Source: Streptosporangiaceae bacterium (GTDB taxonomy: Bacteria; Actinomycetota; Actinomycetes; Streptosporangiales; Streptosporangiaceae). From it: DNA of 51,770 nucleotides. Of this stretch, positions 34,605-43,719 are shown piece by piece. The number at the start of each line of letters is the position of its first letter. Position 1 is the first letter of the stretch. The notes below the pieces were generated by a model. It was not told the origin of the DNA and ran no database searches. It was given only the letters and a program-made list of their open reading frames with translations. The stretch is taken from positions 1 to 51,770 of the forward strand of contig DASUHI010000123.1 of the NCBI GenBank assembly GCA_036273575.1, given 5' to 3'. Made by a program: the position numbers and the translations under genes.

Positions 34605-35426
34605 TCATTGCGGCCAGACCGCCGCGTACGGCGCCCGCTTGCGCAAGTCGTTGCCGAGGATGCGGCCGAGCTTGCGGGTCTCCCTGCGGTTGATCATGCC
34701 GCCGGCAACGGCACCGGTGAGCAGCGGCCCGAGCGAGAAGATGGACCTGCCCGCCTTCGCGGCGAGCCTGCGCTGAAGCTGCCGGGCGAGCGGCGACCCG
34801 GCCGCCAGCACGAGGCCGCCAGGCGCCAGGGCGACGCCGCGGCGCTGGGCCCACGCCCCCACGTATGCGGTCATCCTGTCCACCACGCTGCCGGGCACTG
34901 CCTGACCGTAGACCTCGTGCAGCTCGGCGACGAGCTTGATCTCGATGCCGACGACCGCGAGGGTCTCGGTCGTGATCTCCACGCCCGCGGCCGGCACGAA
35001 CGGCAAGACGGCCCAGGCGCCGACAGCGACGCCGACCGCCGCTGATGCCCTGGACGCGCCCTCGATCAGGACGTCGGCGAGCTCGTCAGGCGACCGGCCG
35101 GGGAACTGGGCGCGCAGCGTCGCGAGATCCCTGACCGGGAGCCTGGGCGCCATCGCGAGCACCTGGGCGCTGAACCACCGGCCGCTGGCCGACAGACCCC
35201 GCCCCGTGACGTGCGCGCCGTGCCTGGCGGCACCGCTGACGGCCGCGCTGAGCCGGCGGACGCGCGTCGCCCGCTCGGCGCGGCGCTGCATCCGGCGTCT
35301 GATCCGGTCCCTGATCCCGCGCGGACGACGCTGACGGCCCTGACGGTCGGCCAGGTCGACGGCCTGCGAGACGGTGTCAAGCGCGGCCTGCGTGACCTCG
35401 TCTGGCTGCTTCCGGGGCGGCTCCAT
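34605..35426 (-). CDS. Hypothetical protein, EcsC-like / DUF697-like (basic N-terminus, hydrophobic core)
   Basis: The start is trimmed to ATG 35426 (MEPPRKQPDE). The upstream part of the listed ORF overlaps the ndk-like gene in another frame. The core PFVPAAGVEITTETLAVVGIEIKLVAELHEVYG resembles EcsC-family proteins. This is a weak assignment. Confidence 0.45.
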   Translation of the reverse strand: MEPPRKQPDEVTQAALDTVSQAVDLADRQGRQRRPRGIRDRIRRRMQRRAERATRVRRLSAAVSGAARHGAHVTGRGLSASGRWFSAQVLAMAPRLPVRDLATLRAQFPGRSPDELADVLIEGASRASAAVGVAVGAWAVLPFVPAAGVEITTETLAVVGIEIKLVAELHEVYGQAVPGSVVDRMTAYVGAWAQRRGVALAPGGLVLAAGSPLARQLQRRLAAKAGRSIFSLGPLLTGAVAGGMINRRETRKLGRILGNDLRKRAPYAAVWPQ

Positions 35427-35499
35427 ACCTTCGAGGTACCACACACGCGCCGGATGATGCGGCTCGCGGCACCCGCGTGCCGGCCGGTCAGGGGTTAGA

Positions 35500-36003
35500 T
35501 CAGGACGCGAACTGCTGAGCGGCGGACGGGTAGTCGTACATCTCGGCCTTGGTGAACCAGACGCCGATCTCGTGCTCTGCCTCCTCGGCGTTGCCTGAGG
35601 CGTGCACCAGGTTGGCGACCGGCAGCCCGCGCGCATTCGCGTACGCCTTGCTGACGTGCGCGAAGTCGCCGCGGATGGTCCCCGGTGCCGCCTGGTCCGG
35701 GTAGGTCGAGCCGACCAGCTTGCGCACGAGCGGCACGGCTCCGACTCCTTCGAGCACCACGGCGACAACCGGTCCCGACTGCATGAACTGCGCCATCGAG
35801 TTGTAGACGTCGGCCCCGAAGCGCTCCTCGAGGTCAAAGTAGTGCTGCCTGGTCAGCTCGGCGTCCATCCACACCATCTTGGCCGCGACGACCTTGAGCA
35901 GGGCGTCTTCGAACCTCGCGAGCACCCGGCCGGTCAGCCCGCGGGCCACCGCGTCCGGCTTGAGCAGGACGAGGGTCCGCTGGATGGTGCTGTCGTCGGT
36001 CAT
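35500..36003 (-). CDS. ndk: Divergent nucleoside-diphosphate-kinase-like protein
   Basis: ATG 36003 follows the SD GGAAGGA. Motifs RTLVLLKPDAV and GTIRGDF are present, and the catalytic His context is NLVHASGN where the canonical form is N..HGSDS. There is an insertion of about 8 aa (HVSKAYANARGLPVA) before it. Confidence 0.75.
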   Translation of the reverse strand: MTDDSTIQRTLVLLKPDAVARGLTGRVLARFEDALLKVVAAKMVWMDAELTRQHYFDLEERFGADVYNSMAQFMQSGPVVAVVLEGVGAVPLVRKLVGSTYPDQAAPGTIRGDFAHVSKAYANARGLPVANLVHASGNAEEAEHEIGVWFTKAEMYDYPSAAQQFAS

Positions 36004-36340
36004 GACCGTCCTTCCGCTGGTGCCGTCGCGGAAAGCATAGCGGCGCGCGACCGCTGCGATGACCAGGGCTAAGCGCCCACAGAACACGAAGAGGAGGCAA
36101 AGACAACGTTAAGGGCCGGCGTGTCGGAAACTCCGGCGCAGAGGCGGTCGTTGAGTCGTAGCGGACGGATGTTCGCCGGAGTGAGCTGGTGGGCATATGG
36201 GGAGAGCGGCATGCGGCCGCCTCACCAAAACTGCCGTGAAGCCCGCATAGAGTGAGCGCTTCTGGTGGGGTTTTGGCCGCCGCATCTGGCTAGCCCGTCT
36301 GCGTAGTCGACAGATTTCCGCATGCGAGAAGGAGGTTGGC

Positions 36341-37489
36341 GTGGCGCGTACGGCAGCGCACCTTCGACCGCGTACTCGGCGGCTCCGCCTGGTACTTAAG
36401 GTGATCGCGAGCGCCCTCGCGGTCCTGCTTCTGGTTACGGGATGGTCGCTGGGGCACGCGCTGACGTCGCCGGGCGGTGGCACGTTCTCTGAGCGGGTCG
36501 CCGAATGGGCGAGAAACCACTACCTGGGACCGCTGGTCACGTTCGGTGAATGGCTCACCTATAGCAAGCCCAAGGGCGGCGGCAAGCCGGACGTCTCGTT
36601 CAAGAAGCTTGGCGGCCAGGCGGTGCACAAGAAGAAGCACTACCACGGGTTCACGCCGATCATCCCGGCGGACATCGGCTCGCCGGCGGGCAAGCCACTG
36701 CCAGGCGAGGGCGTGTGGCGGGTGGCTGTCAGCGTCAAGGGCGTCCCGGCTGTCTTCAAGACGTACGTCAGGCAGAGCCGCAGGTACTCCTCGTACTACG
36801 CCGGCATCGTCTCGATGGACCAGCGCCTGCTGAGGTTCTCGCTCCGGCCAGGCACCGAGGATCCTGGCTACGGGCACTGGGGCGCGCCCATGGACGTCCC
36901 GCAGGGCCACAGGTCCGGCCTCGTCGCGACGTTCAACAGCGGCTTCCGCATCGCCTCGTCGGGCGGCGGTTTCTACCTGCACGGGCACTACCACGGCAGG
37001 CTCGTCAAGGGTGCCGCCTCTGAGGTCTACTTCAAGAACGGCAAGCTGAAGATCGGCAGGTGGGATCGCGGGCCGCTGCACATGGGCCCGGACGTCGCCG
37101 CGGTTCGCCAGAACCTCCGCCCGATCGTCGTCAACGGGCATGTCCCCGCCACCGTGAACCAGAACGTGCTGTCCAGCTGGGGAGCCACGCTCGGCGGCGG
37201 CTACTACGTCTGGCGGTCAGGTATCGGCATCACGAGGGATAACAGGATCATCTTCGTCTATGGTCCTGCACTAGACGTCCGAACGCTCGCCAGCCTGCTC
37301 AAGCGGGCGGGGTGCGTGACGGCCATGGAGCTTGATATCAACCCCGACTGGATGTCCTTCATGTACTATCTGGCGAAAAATCACCCAGGTGATCCGAAGC
37401 CGGTGAACTTGCTCCGTACCCAGATCCAGCCACCCACCCGGTACTTCTACGTCTCCAACCGTGATTTCACGGCGGTCTTCGCACGATGA
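36341..37489 (+). CDS. Phosphodiester glycosidase family protein (DUF2233/NAGPA-like), membrane-anchored
   Basis: GTG 36341 follows GAAGGAGG. There is an N-terminal TM segment. The C-terminal pattern is RSGIGITRDNRIIFVYGPALDVRTLASLLKRAGCVTAMELDINPDW. Confidence 0.7.
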   Translation: MARTAAHLRPRTRRLRLVLKVIASALAVLLLVTGWSLGHALTSPGGGTFSERVAEWARNHYLGPLVTFGEWLTYSKPKGGGKPDVSFKKLGGQAVHKKKHYHGFTPIIPADIGSPAGKPLPGEGVWRVAVSVKGVPAVFKTYVRQSRRYSSYYAGIVSMDQRLLRFSLRPGTEDPGYGHWGAPMDVPQGHRSGLVATFNSGFRIASSGGGFYLHGHYHGRLVKGAASEVYFKNGKLKIGRWDRGPLHMGPDVAAVRQNLRPIVVNGHVPATVNQNVLSSWGATLGGGYYVWRSGIGITRDNRIIFVYGPALDVRTLASLLKRAGCVTAMELDINPDWMSFMYYLAKNHPGDPKPVNLLRTQIQPPTRYFYVSNRDFTAVFAR

Positions 37490-38421
37490 CTGTTCCCACA
37501 CCGGCGGCGAAGGTTACCGAGCCGCAGCGCGAGTCGGCCACGCGCCTGTCCGCGCAGTTGCGGTGGCTCAAGGCCGTCGCGCAGAGCACCCGCCCGCGGC
37601 AGTGGCCCAAGAACCTGCTCGTCTTCGCCGCTCCGCTGGCCGGCGACACGTTCGGCCGCTCACACGGCTTCTTGTACGCCCTGGTGGCCGCCGTCGCGTT
37701 CATCGCCGCGTCCTCGGCCGTCTACCTGGTCAACGACGTTGTGGACGCCGAACGGGACAGGCGCCACCCGTACAAGCGGTCCCGCCCGGTCGCCTCCGGC
37801 CAGCTGCCGGCCGCGCACGCCGTTGTGCTCGCGATCTGCCTGGTCTTCGTCGCGCTCGGGGCGGGCCTCGTCATCGGGGAGCCGCTGCTCGCTGCCGTGA
37901 TCGCGGCGTACCTCGCGATCTCCTTCCTGTACTCTGCCGGCCTCAAGCACGTGCCGCTGGTGGAGCTGGCGTGCGTGGCGTCAGGCTTCGTGCTGCGCGT
38001 GGTGGGCGGCGCGGCGGCGACCCACGTGCCGCCGTCCGGCTACTTCCTGCTTGTCTGCAGCCTCGGCGCGCTGATGGTCGCCATCGCGAAGCGGTACACG
38101 GAGCTCACCGTGCTCGGCGCCGACGCGGAGACGCACCGCCCGGCCATGCGCGGCTATGCGGCGCCGGTGCTGAGGCTCAGCCAGCGCGTGGTGTCCGGCG
38201 TCATGGTCGTCTCGTATGTACTGTGGGCGTGGTCCGAGCCGCACGCCGAGACGCGGTCCTGGCACTTGGTCAGCTCGCTCGCGCTGGCCGCCGCGCTGAT
38301 CAGGTTCGACCGGCTGACCGCACGGGCGACGAGCAAGCCGGTCGAGGACCTGATCGCCAGGGATCCCGTGATGGTCATCTGCGAGATCACCTGGCTCGTC
38401 CTGTTCGCGGTCGGCCTCTAG
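37486..38421 (+). CDS. Decaprenyl-phosphate phosphoribosyltransferase (UbiA superfamily, Rv3806c-like)
   Basis: The start overlaps the upstream stop (ATGA). The N-terminal RPRQWPKNLLVFAAPLAG and the NDVVDAERDRRHPYKRSRPVASG motif are present, and the protein is polytopic. Confidence 0.85.
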   Translation: MTVPTPAAKVTEPQRESATRLSAQLRWLKAVAQSTRPRQWPKNLLVFAAPLAGDTFGRSHGFLYALVAAVAFIAASSAVYLVNDVVDAERDRRHPYKRSRPVASGQLPAAHAVVLAICLVFVALGAGLVIGEPLLAAVIAAYLAISFLYSAGLKHVPLVELACVASGFVLRVVGGAAATHVPPSGYFLLVCSLGALMVAIAKRYTELTVLGADAETHRPAMRGYAAPVLRLSQRVVSGVMVVSYVLWAWSEPHAETRSWHLVSSLALAAALIRFDRLTARATSKPVEDLIARDPVMVICEITWLVLFAVGL

Positions 38422-38461
38422 GGTGCCCTCCCGTGGCTCGCCGCCGGTGAAGGAGCCACCC

Positions 38462-39208
38462 ATGCTCGACAACCTTGGCAGGCCGGGACGGGTCCTGCTG
38501 CTCGGCGGCACCAGCGAGATCGGGCTGGCGATCGTGTCCGCGCTGCGCGGGCCGGCGGGGACCGAGGTGCTGCTCGCGGGCCGCGACGAGCAGCGGATGG
38601 CCGCCGCGGGCAAGGAACTGCCCTACCGGTGCTCGACGATCCCGTTTGACGCGCTCGAGGTCGCCAGCCACGACGCGGTCATCGGCCGTGCCTTCGCCGA
38701 CGGCCCCATCGACCTCGTGATCGCAGCGACGGGGGTGCTCACCCCGCAGGCCGACGTGGACACCGATCCCGTTCTCGCGGCCCGGATGATCGAGGTCAAC
38801 TTCACCAGCCACGTGACCACGCTGCTCGCTGCCGCGAGCAGAATGCGCAGGCAGCGTCACGGGACCATCGTGGTGCTGTCGTCCGTCGCCGCGATCAGGC
38901 CGCGCAAGGCCAACTACGTGTACGGCGCCGCGAAGGCCGGGCTCGACGCGTTCGCCCGCGGCCTGACCGACGCCCTGGCGGGCACCGGCGTGCGGGTCGT
39001 GCTCGTCCGCCCCGGCTTCGTCACAGGGCGGATGACCGCGGGCCTCAGCCCTGCGCCGCTGGCGTCCTCGCCCGACCGGGTGGGCGCCGCTGTCGCGGCG
39101 GCGCTTGACGGACGCGCGGGGCTGGTCTGGGTGCCGCGAAGCCTGGCAGCGGCGGCGGTGGCGCTGCGGATGGTGCCGAGGCCAGTGTGGCGCAAGATGC
39201 GCCGTTAG
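38462..39208 (+). CDS. SDR, DprE2-like (decaprenylphospho-2-keto-ribose reductase-like)
   Basis: ATG 38462 follows GAAGGAG. Motifs LLLGGTSEIGLAI and YGAAK (YxxxK) are present. It is adjacent to the UbiA-type DPPR synthase. Confidence 0.65.
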   Translation: MLDNLGRPGRVLLLGGTSEIGLAIVSALRGPAGTEVLLAGRDEQRMAAAGKELPYRCSTIPFDALEVASHDAVIGRAFADGPIDLVIAATGVLTPQADVDTDPVLAARMIEVNFTSHVTTLLAAASRMRRQRHGTIVVLSSVAAIRPRKANYVYGAAKAGLDAFARGLTDALAGTGVRVVLVRPGFVTGRMTAGLSPAPLASSPDRVGAAVAAALDGRAGLVWVPRSLAAAAVALRMVPRPVWRKMRR

Positions 39209-39369
39209 AACGCCCGTTACCGCCCGCCCCGCAGGAACTCCCCAGGCGGGTGTCTGATTCCGCTGAGTCTGTGTCGTTACCTGCCTATTGACGCGCGAAT
39301 CGTCGTACTGTTGGGGTGCCGGGTTACCAGCAGCGATGGGGCTGTCACACGTTCCTCAATCAGGCGGTC

Positions 39370-41814
39370 ATGAGCAATCAGAGTTCTAGGCGGCGGGCTC
39401 GCCCGGACTCCACGCCCGCCGTCAGCTGGCCGGTCTGGTCTGGTTCACCGCCCGCGATCTCTGACTTCTTCAACCCGCGCCCGGAAACCGGTTTCGGACT
39501 CGACGCCGGGCTCAGCGATCTCGTCCACAGGAACGCCGGTGACCAGCAGGCACTGACCGTGCTGACGGGGCCGAGTGGCTACGGCAAGACGCACCTGGCG
39601 GCCGCCATGCTGCGGGTGGCTGCGCGGACGGGCAGGACCGACCTGCAGGTGTGGATCAACGCCTCGAGCCCGTCGGCCGTCGTGATGGGCTACGCCAGGG
39701 CGGCGGCCGATGTCGGCCTGACCGATGGCGGCCGCGTCCCTGACTCCTCCGCGGCCCGCTTCCTCGACTGGCTCGGCCGTACCGACCGGCGCTGGCTCGT
39801 CGTGCTCGACAACGTCACCGACACGGGAGGGCTGCGGGGGCTCTGGCCCGTGGGGATCAGCGGTCAGACGATCGTGACCTGCCATCCGTCGACGGACATG
39901 TCCGAGGTCACCAGCCTCAAGCCGCGGGTCTGCCAGGTCGGGGAGTTCAGCCCGCGTGAGGCGCTCGCCTACCTGACAGCGCGGCTCTACGACGAGACCG
40001 GCAAGCGGGTCGAGGCCGTCGACCTGGCGGCCGACCTCGGCTACATGCCGCTTGCGCTCGCACTCGCCACCACCACGATGGCCGGCACGGCGCTCGACTG
40101 CCGCCAGTACCGGATCAGGTTCGCGAGCCGGCGTCAGGAACTGCTCGGCCGGGCGGCCGGCGGGCTGGTCTCCCCGGCCGAGGTGGCCTGGTCGCTGGCG
40201 ATCGACCGGGCCGACCAGTATCCGCCCCCTGGCCTTGCCAGGCCGCTGCTGGCGCTCGCCGCTCTGCTCGATCCGGCCGGCGTTCCCGTGCAGGTCGTGG
40301 GCAGCCAGGCGTGCTGCGGCTACCTTTCCCGCCACGGCCGCGGCATGCCCGTCGATGCCAGGGAGGTCATGTCCGCGCTCGGCGGCCTAGCCCAGTGCGG
40401 GCTCGTCTTCATCGACCGGACCACCACCGCGGGCCTGATCGCCATCCATCCGGTCGTCCAGGAAACGGTCCGCAGGCTGGTGCCGCCCGGTGTGCTCGAC
40501 GATGCCGCCAGGTCGGCGGCCGACGCGATCTGCGAGGTATGGCCGCAGCTCGAGGCCGAACCGCTGCTTGACCAGGCGCTGCGCGGCTGTGCAGGCTGGC
40601 TCGGCGGGATCGCTGGCGACCTGCTCTGGCTGCCAGAGCCGCACCCGGTCCTTGTCAAGGCGGGGGAGAGCCTGAACGCGGCGGGCCTGTCCGCCTCGGC
40701 TGTGTCGTACTGGAAGTCAATGCTGGCGGCGAGCGGCCGGGCCCTCGGCTCTGAGCACCCGAGGACGCTGCAGATCCGGGACCACCTGGCGGGCGCGTTC
40801 GAGTCGGCGGGACGGCTCGAGGAAGCCAGGGACCTGACTCAGGTCAGTCTCACCGAGCGGGAGCAGGTCCAGGGCCCGGACCATCCCGACGCGCTGACGA
40901 CCAGGACAAACCTGGCCAGGATCTATCGCTCGGCGGGCATGTTCGACCAGGCGATCGACATGTACGCGCGCGTGCTCGCCGACCGCGAATGGGTGCTCGG
41001 GCCTGAGCACGCAGACACGCTCGGCGTACGCAGCCAGCTAGCCGGCACCTACCTGGCGGCCGGCCAGGCCGATCAGGCCATCGCGCTGTACCAGCGCAAC
41101 CTCGCCGACTGGGAACAGGCGCACGGCCCTGAGCACCCGGACGTGCTCGCCGAGTACATGAACCTGGGCCGCGCCTATCAGATCGCCAGCCGGCCCGACG
41201 ACGCGATCGCTATCTTCAGCAGGGTGCGCAAGATCAGGGAGAGCAGCCTCGGGCAAGACCACCCGGACACGGTGGCGGCGGCCAGCCAGCTCGCCTACGC
41301 CTACCGGTCGTCCGGCCGGCTCAAGGAGGCGATCTCGCTGTACCGCCAGGTCGTGGCCAGCCGCCAGGCGGTGCTCGGCGCCGACCATCCGGACACACTG
41401 ACGGCGATGTCCAACCTGGCGTCCTGCTACCACGCGGCGCACCGGATGAAGGACGCCATCCCGCTGTACGAGAGGCTGCTGGCCGACCGGGAGCGGCTCC
41501 AGGGGCCTGACAACAGGGAAACCCTCACCGCCCGCGCCAACCTGGCGGGGGCGTACCACTCCGCGGGCCGGCTCGCCGACGCGCTGCCGGTCTACGAGCA
41601 GGCCGTCGCGGACTTCGAACGGGTGCTCGGCCCTGATCATGTCGACACGCTCACCTCCCGCGGCAACCTGGCACACGCCTACTACATGGCGCGGCGGCTC
41701 AGCGATTCGATCAAGCTGTTCGAGCGAACCATCGCCGACTGCGAACGGGCGCTGGGTCCCGATCACCCTCTTACCCAGACAATCAGCGACAATCTCCGCA
41801 CGATATCGCGGTAA
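39370..41814 (+). CDS. STAND NTPase: NB-ARC-like ATPase plus about 9 TPR (TPR_10/12) repeats
   Basis: The start is trimmed to ATG 39370. Motifs present: Walker A GPSGYGKTHLA, Walker B WLVVLDNV, and GQTIVTCHPS. From about aa 450 there are roughly nine repeats of about 42 aa of the form LG.DHPDTL...NLA..Y...GR...AI. Confidence 0.85.
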   Translation: MSNQSSRRRARPDSTPAVSWPVWSGSPPAISDFFNPRPETGFGLDAGLSDLVHRNAGDQQALTVLTGPSGYGKTHLAAAMLRVAARTGRTDLQVWINASSPSAVVMGYARAAADVGLTDGGRVPDSSAARFLDWLGRTDRRWLVVLDNVTDTGGLRGLWPVGISGQTIVTCHPSTDMSEVTSLKPRVCQVGEFSPREALAYLTARLYDETGKRVEAVDLAADLGYMPLALALATTTMAGTALDCRQYRIRFASRRQELLGRAAGGLVSPAEVAWSLAIDRADQYPPPGLARPLLALAALLDPAGVPVQVVGSQACCGYLSRHGRGMPVDAREVMSALGGLAQCGLVFIDRTTTAGLIAIHPVVQETVRRLVPPGVLDDAARSAADAICEVWPQLEAEPLLDQALRGCAGWLGGIAGDLLWLPEPHPVLVKAGESLNAAGLSASAVSYWKSMLAASGRALGSEHPRTLQIRDHLAGAFESAGRLEEARDLTQVSLTEREQVQGPDHPDALTTRTNLARIYRSAGMFDQAIDMYARVLADREWVLGPEHADTLGVRSQLAGTYLAAGQADQAIALYQRNLADWEQAHGPEHPDVLAEYMNLGRAYQIASRPDDAIAIFSRVRKIRESSLGQDHPDTVAAASQLAYAYRSSGRLKEAISLYRQVVASRQAVLGADHPDTLTAMSNLASCYHAAHRMKDAIPLYERLLADRERLQGPDNRETLTARANLAGAYHSAGRLADALPVYEQAVADFERVLGPDHVDTLTSRGNLAHAYYMARRLSDSIKLFERTIADCERALGPDHPLTQTISDNLRTISR

Positions 41815-42074
41815 TGTATATCCTAGGTCGCAACTGGCGAGTATAAGGCCAGGTCAGGGCACATGTGGCTGGTCTCGGAAACGTTGGCTGCGTAGCACAT
41901 TCTGATGCGACGTCGCGCCTGTAAAGGTATTCGCTTTACCGACCCATTGGCGTTTTATTAATGCGCTCGCAGCATTGGCGCCACGGCCTACGGGCATGAT
42001 CATTTCCGGCCGGACAGGGCGCCGACCGGCGTTCGGAGCCGCGCCGAGACCCGTCAGCCAAGGAGGCGTTCACT

Positions 42075-43205
42075 GTGAGCACCACAGGCTCGACCCTCAC
42101 GCGAACTCAGCAGGCCCCCGTGGGGGCCGAGCAGATGCACATCGCCATGGTGGCACCGCCCTACTTCAGCGTTCCGCCGTCGGCGTACGGCGGGATAGAG
42201 GTGGTGGTCGCTGACCTGGTCGATGCGCTGGTCGCTCGCGGACACAAGGTGACGCTCATAGGCGCGGGCAATCACGGGACCAGGGCCCAGCGATTCCTCA
42301 CGACGTTCGAGGAGGGCCCGGCGAGCCAGCTGGGCGAGGTGCAGCCGGAGATCGTGCACGCGGCCAAGGTCGCGTCGCTGCTCGAGAGGCTGGACGTCGA
42401 CGTGATCCACGATCACACCCAGGCGGGCCCGCTGATGGGCAGGGGCAGGCTGACGCCGACGGTGGTGACCGCGCACGGGCCAGTGCACGGCGACGCCGGC
42501 GAGTTCTACCAGGCGCTCGGTGACACCATTCAGCTCGTGGCGATCTCGGACGCGCAGCGGGCCAGCGCCCCCGACCTCGCCTGGTCGGCTACCGTGCACA
42601 ACGCGGTTCGCGCCGAGACGTTCCCGTTCCGCGCGGGCAAGGACGACTACGCGATGTTCCTTGGCCGGTTCCACCCGCACAAGGCACCGCACCTGGCCAT
42701 CGACGCGGCCAGGGGCGCCGGGCTGCCCATCGTGCTGGCCGGCAAGTGCTCCGAGCCGATCGAGCGGGCGTACTTCAGCCGCGAGATCGAGCCGCGGATC
42801 GGCAGGGACGTGACGATCTTCGGCATCGCCGACGCGGCAGCGAAGCGCAAGCTGCTGGCCAACGCGGCCTGCCTGATCTTCCCGATCTGCTGGGAGGAGC
42901 CGTTCGGCATGGTCGTGATCGAGGCCATGGTCTGCGGCACGCCGGTGGTCGCACTGAACAGGGGCGCGGTTCCCGAGCTGATCGTGCACGGCCAGACCGG
43001 GATCGTCGTCGATGACCCGGACGCTATGCCCGAGGCTATCGCGCAGGCCCGCATGATCGACCCGGCCATGTGCCGCAAGCACGTCGAGACGAACTTCACC
43101 GTCGAGGTCATGGCCGAGGGCTACGAGGAGGTCTACCGCCGCGCCTTGTCGATGGCGCCCGAGCCGTGGCTCACGGGCGTGGACCAGGCGCCGATTGTCG
43201 GCTAG
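42075..43205 (+). CDS. Glycosyltransferase family 4 (GT-B, group 1)
   Basis: GTG 42075 follows AAGGAGG. The N-terminal VAPPYFSVPPSAYGGIEVVV pattern and the E-x7-E region EEPFGMVVIEAMVCGTPVV are present. Confidence 0.85.
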   Translation: MSTTGSTLTRTQQAPVGAEQMHIAMVAPPYFSVPPSAYGGIEVVVADLVDALVARGHKVTLIGAGNHGTRAQRFLTTFEEGPASQLGEVQPEIVHAAKVASLLERLDVDVIHDHTQAGPLMGRGRLTPTVVTAHGPVHGDAGEFYQALGDTIQLVAISDAQRASAPDLAWSATVHNAVRAETFPFRAGKDDYAMFLGRFHPHKAPHLAIDAARGAGLPIVLAGKCSEPIERAYFSREIEPRIGRDVTIFGIADAAAKRKLLANAACLIFPICWEEPFGMVVIEAMVCGTPVVALNRGAVPELIVHGQTGIVVDDPDAMPEAIAQARMIDPAMCRKHVETNFTVEVMAEGYEEVYRRALSMAPEPWLTGVDQAPIVG

Positions 43206-43224
43206 GCGCCGCTACGCTCAGCGT

Positions 43225-43719
43225 GTGGCGGCGCGAGGAACCCGGGCTACTGCCGAACTCTCCAGGCTGGGCATCGCACATTCTGTGCACCAGTACCAGC
43301 ACAAGGCACGTGAGGCGTTTGGGGTCGAGGCCGCCAGCGAACTCGGCTTGCCCGCCGAGCAGGTGTTCAAGACGCTCGTGGTCAGCGTCGACGGGAACCT
43401 CACGGTCGCCGTCATCCCTGTCGCCGGCCAGCTGAACCTCAAGGCACTCGCGGACGCCGCGGGCGGCAAGCGTGCCGAGCTCGCGGAGCGAGCGGTCGCC
43501 GAGCGGGCGACCGGCTACGTCACCGGCGGGATCTCCCCGATAGGGCAGCGCAGGCGCCTGCCCGTCGTGATCGACTCATCAGCGCTCGGCTGGCCGGCCG
43601 TCTACTGCAGCGCAGGGCAGCGCGGCCTGGAACTCGAGCTAGCTCCTGCCGACCTGATCCGCGTGACCGACGCGAAGGTCGCCGCCATCGCGGCCGTCAG
43701 CCCCGGACGGCCCCGCTGA
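43225..43719 (+). CDS. ybaK: Cys-tRNA(Pro)/Cys-tRNA(Cys) deacylase YbaK
   Basis: The pattern FKTLVVSVDGNLTVAVIPVAGQLNLKALA...GYVTGGISPIGQRRRLPVVID can be aligned by eye along E. coli YbaK. The start is GTG 43225 or TTG 43195. Confidence 0.8.
   Translation: MAARGTRATAELSRLGIAHSVHQYQHKAREAFGVEAASELGLPAEQVFKTLVVSVDGNLTVAVIPVAGQLNLKALADAAGGKRAELAERAVAERATGYVTGGISPIGQRRRLPVVIDSSALGWPAVYCSAGQRGLELELAPADLIRVTDAKVAAIAAVSPGRPR

Noticed and set aside
35427-35837. N-terminal 137 residues of listed ORF 34605..35837
   Set aside because: This part overlaps the ndk-like gene in another frame and is Ser/Arg/Thr/Pro-rich. The start was moved to ATG 35426, downstream of the ndk stop.
36088-36340. Possible structured RNA between ndk-like and the phosphodiester glycosidase gene (CACCAAAAC ... 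GGGGTTTTGG)
   Set aside because: Only a 7-bp complementary segment with a 38-nt loop could be drawn. It has no recognisable riboswitch core, which is too weak to call.
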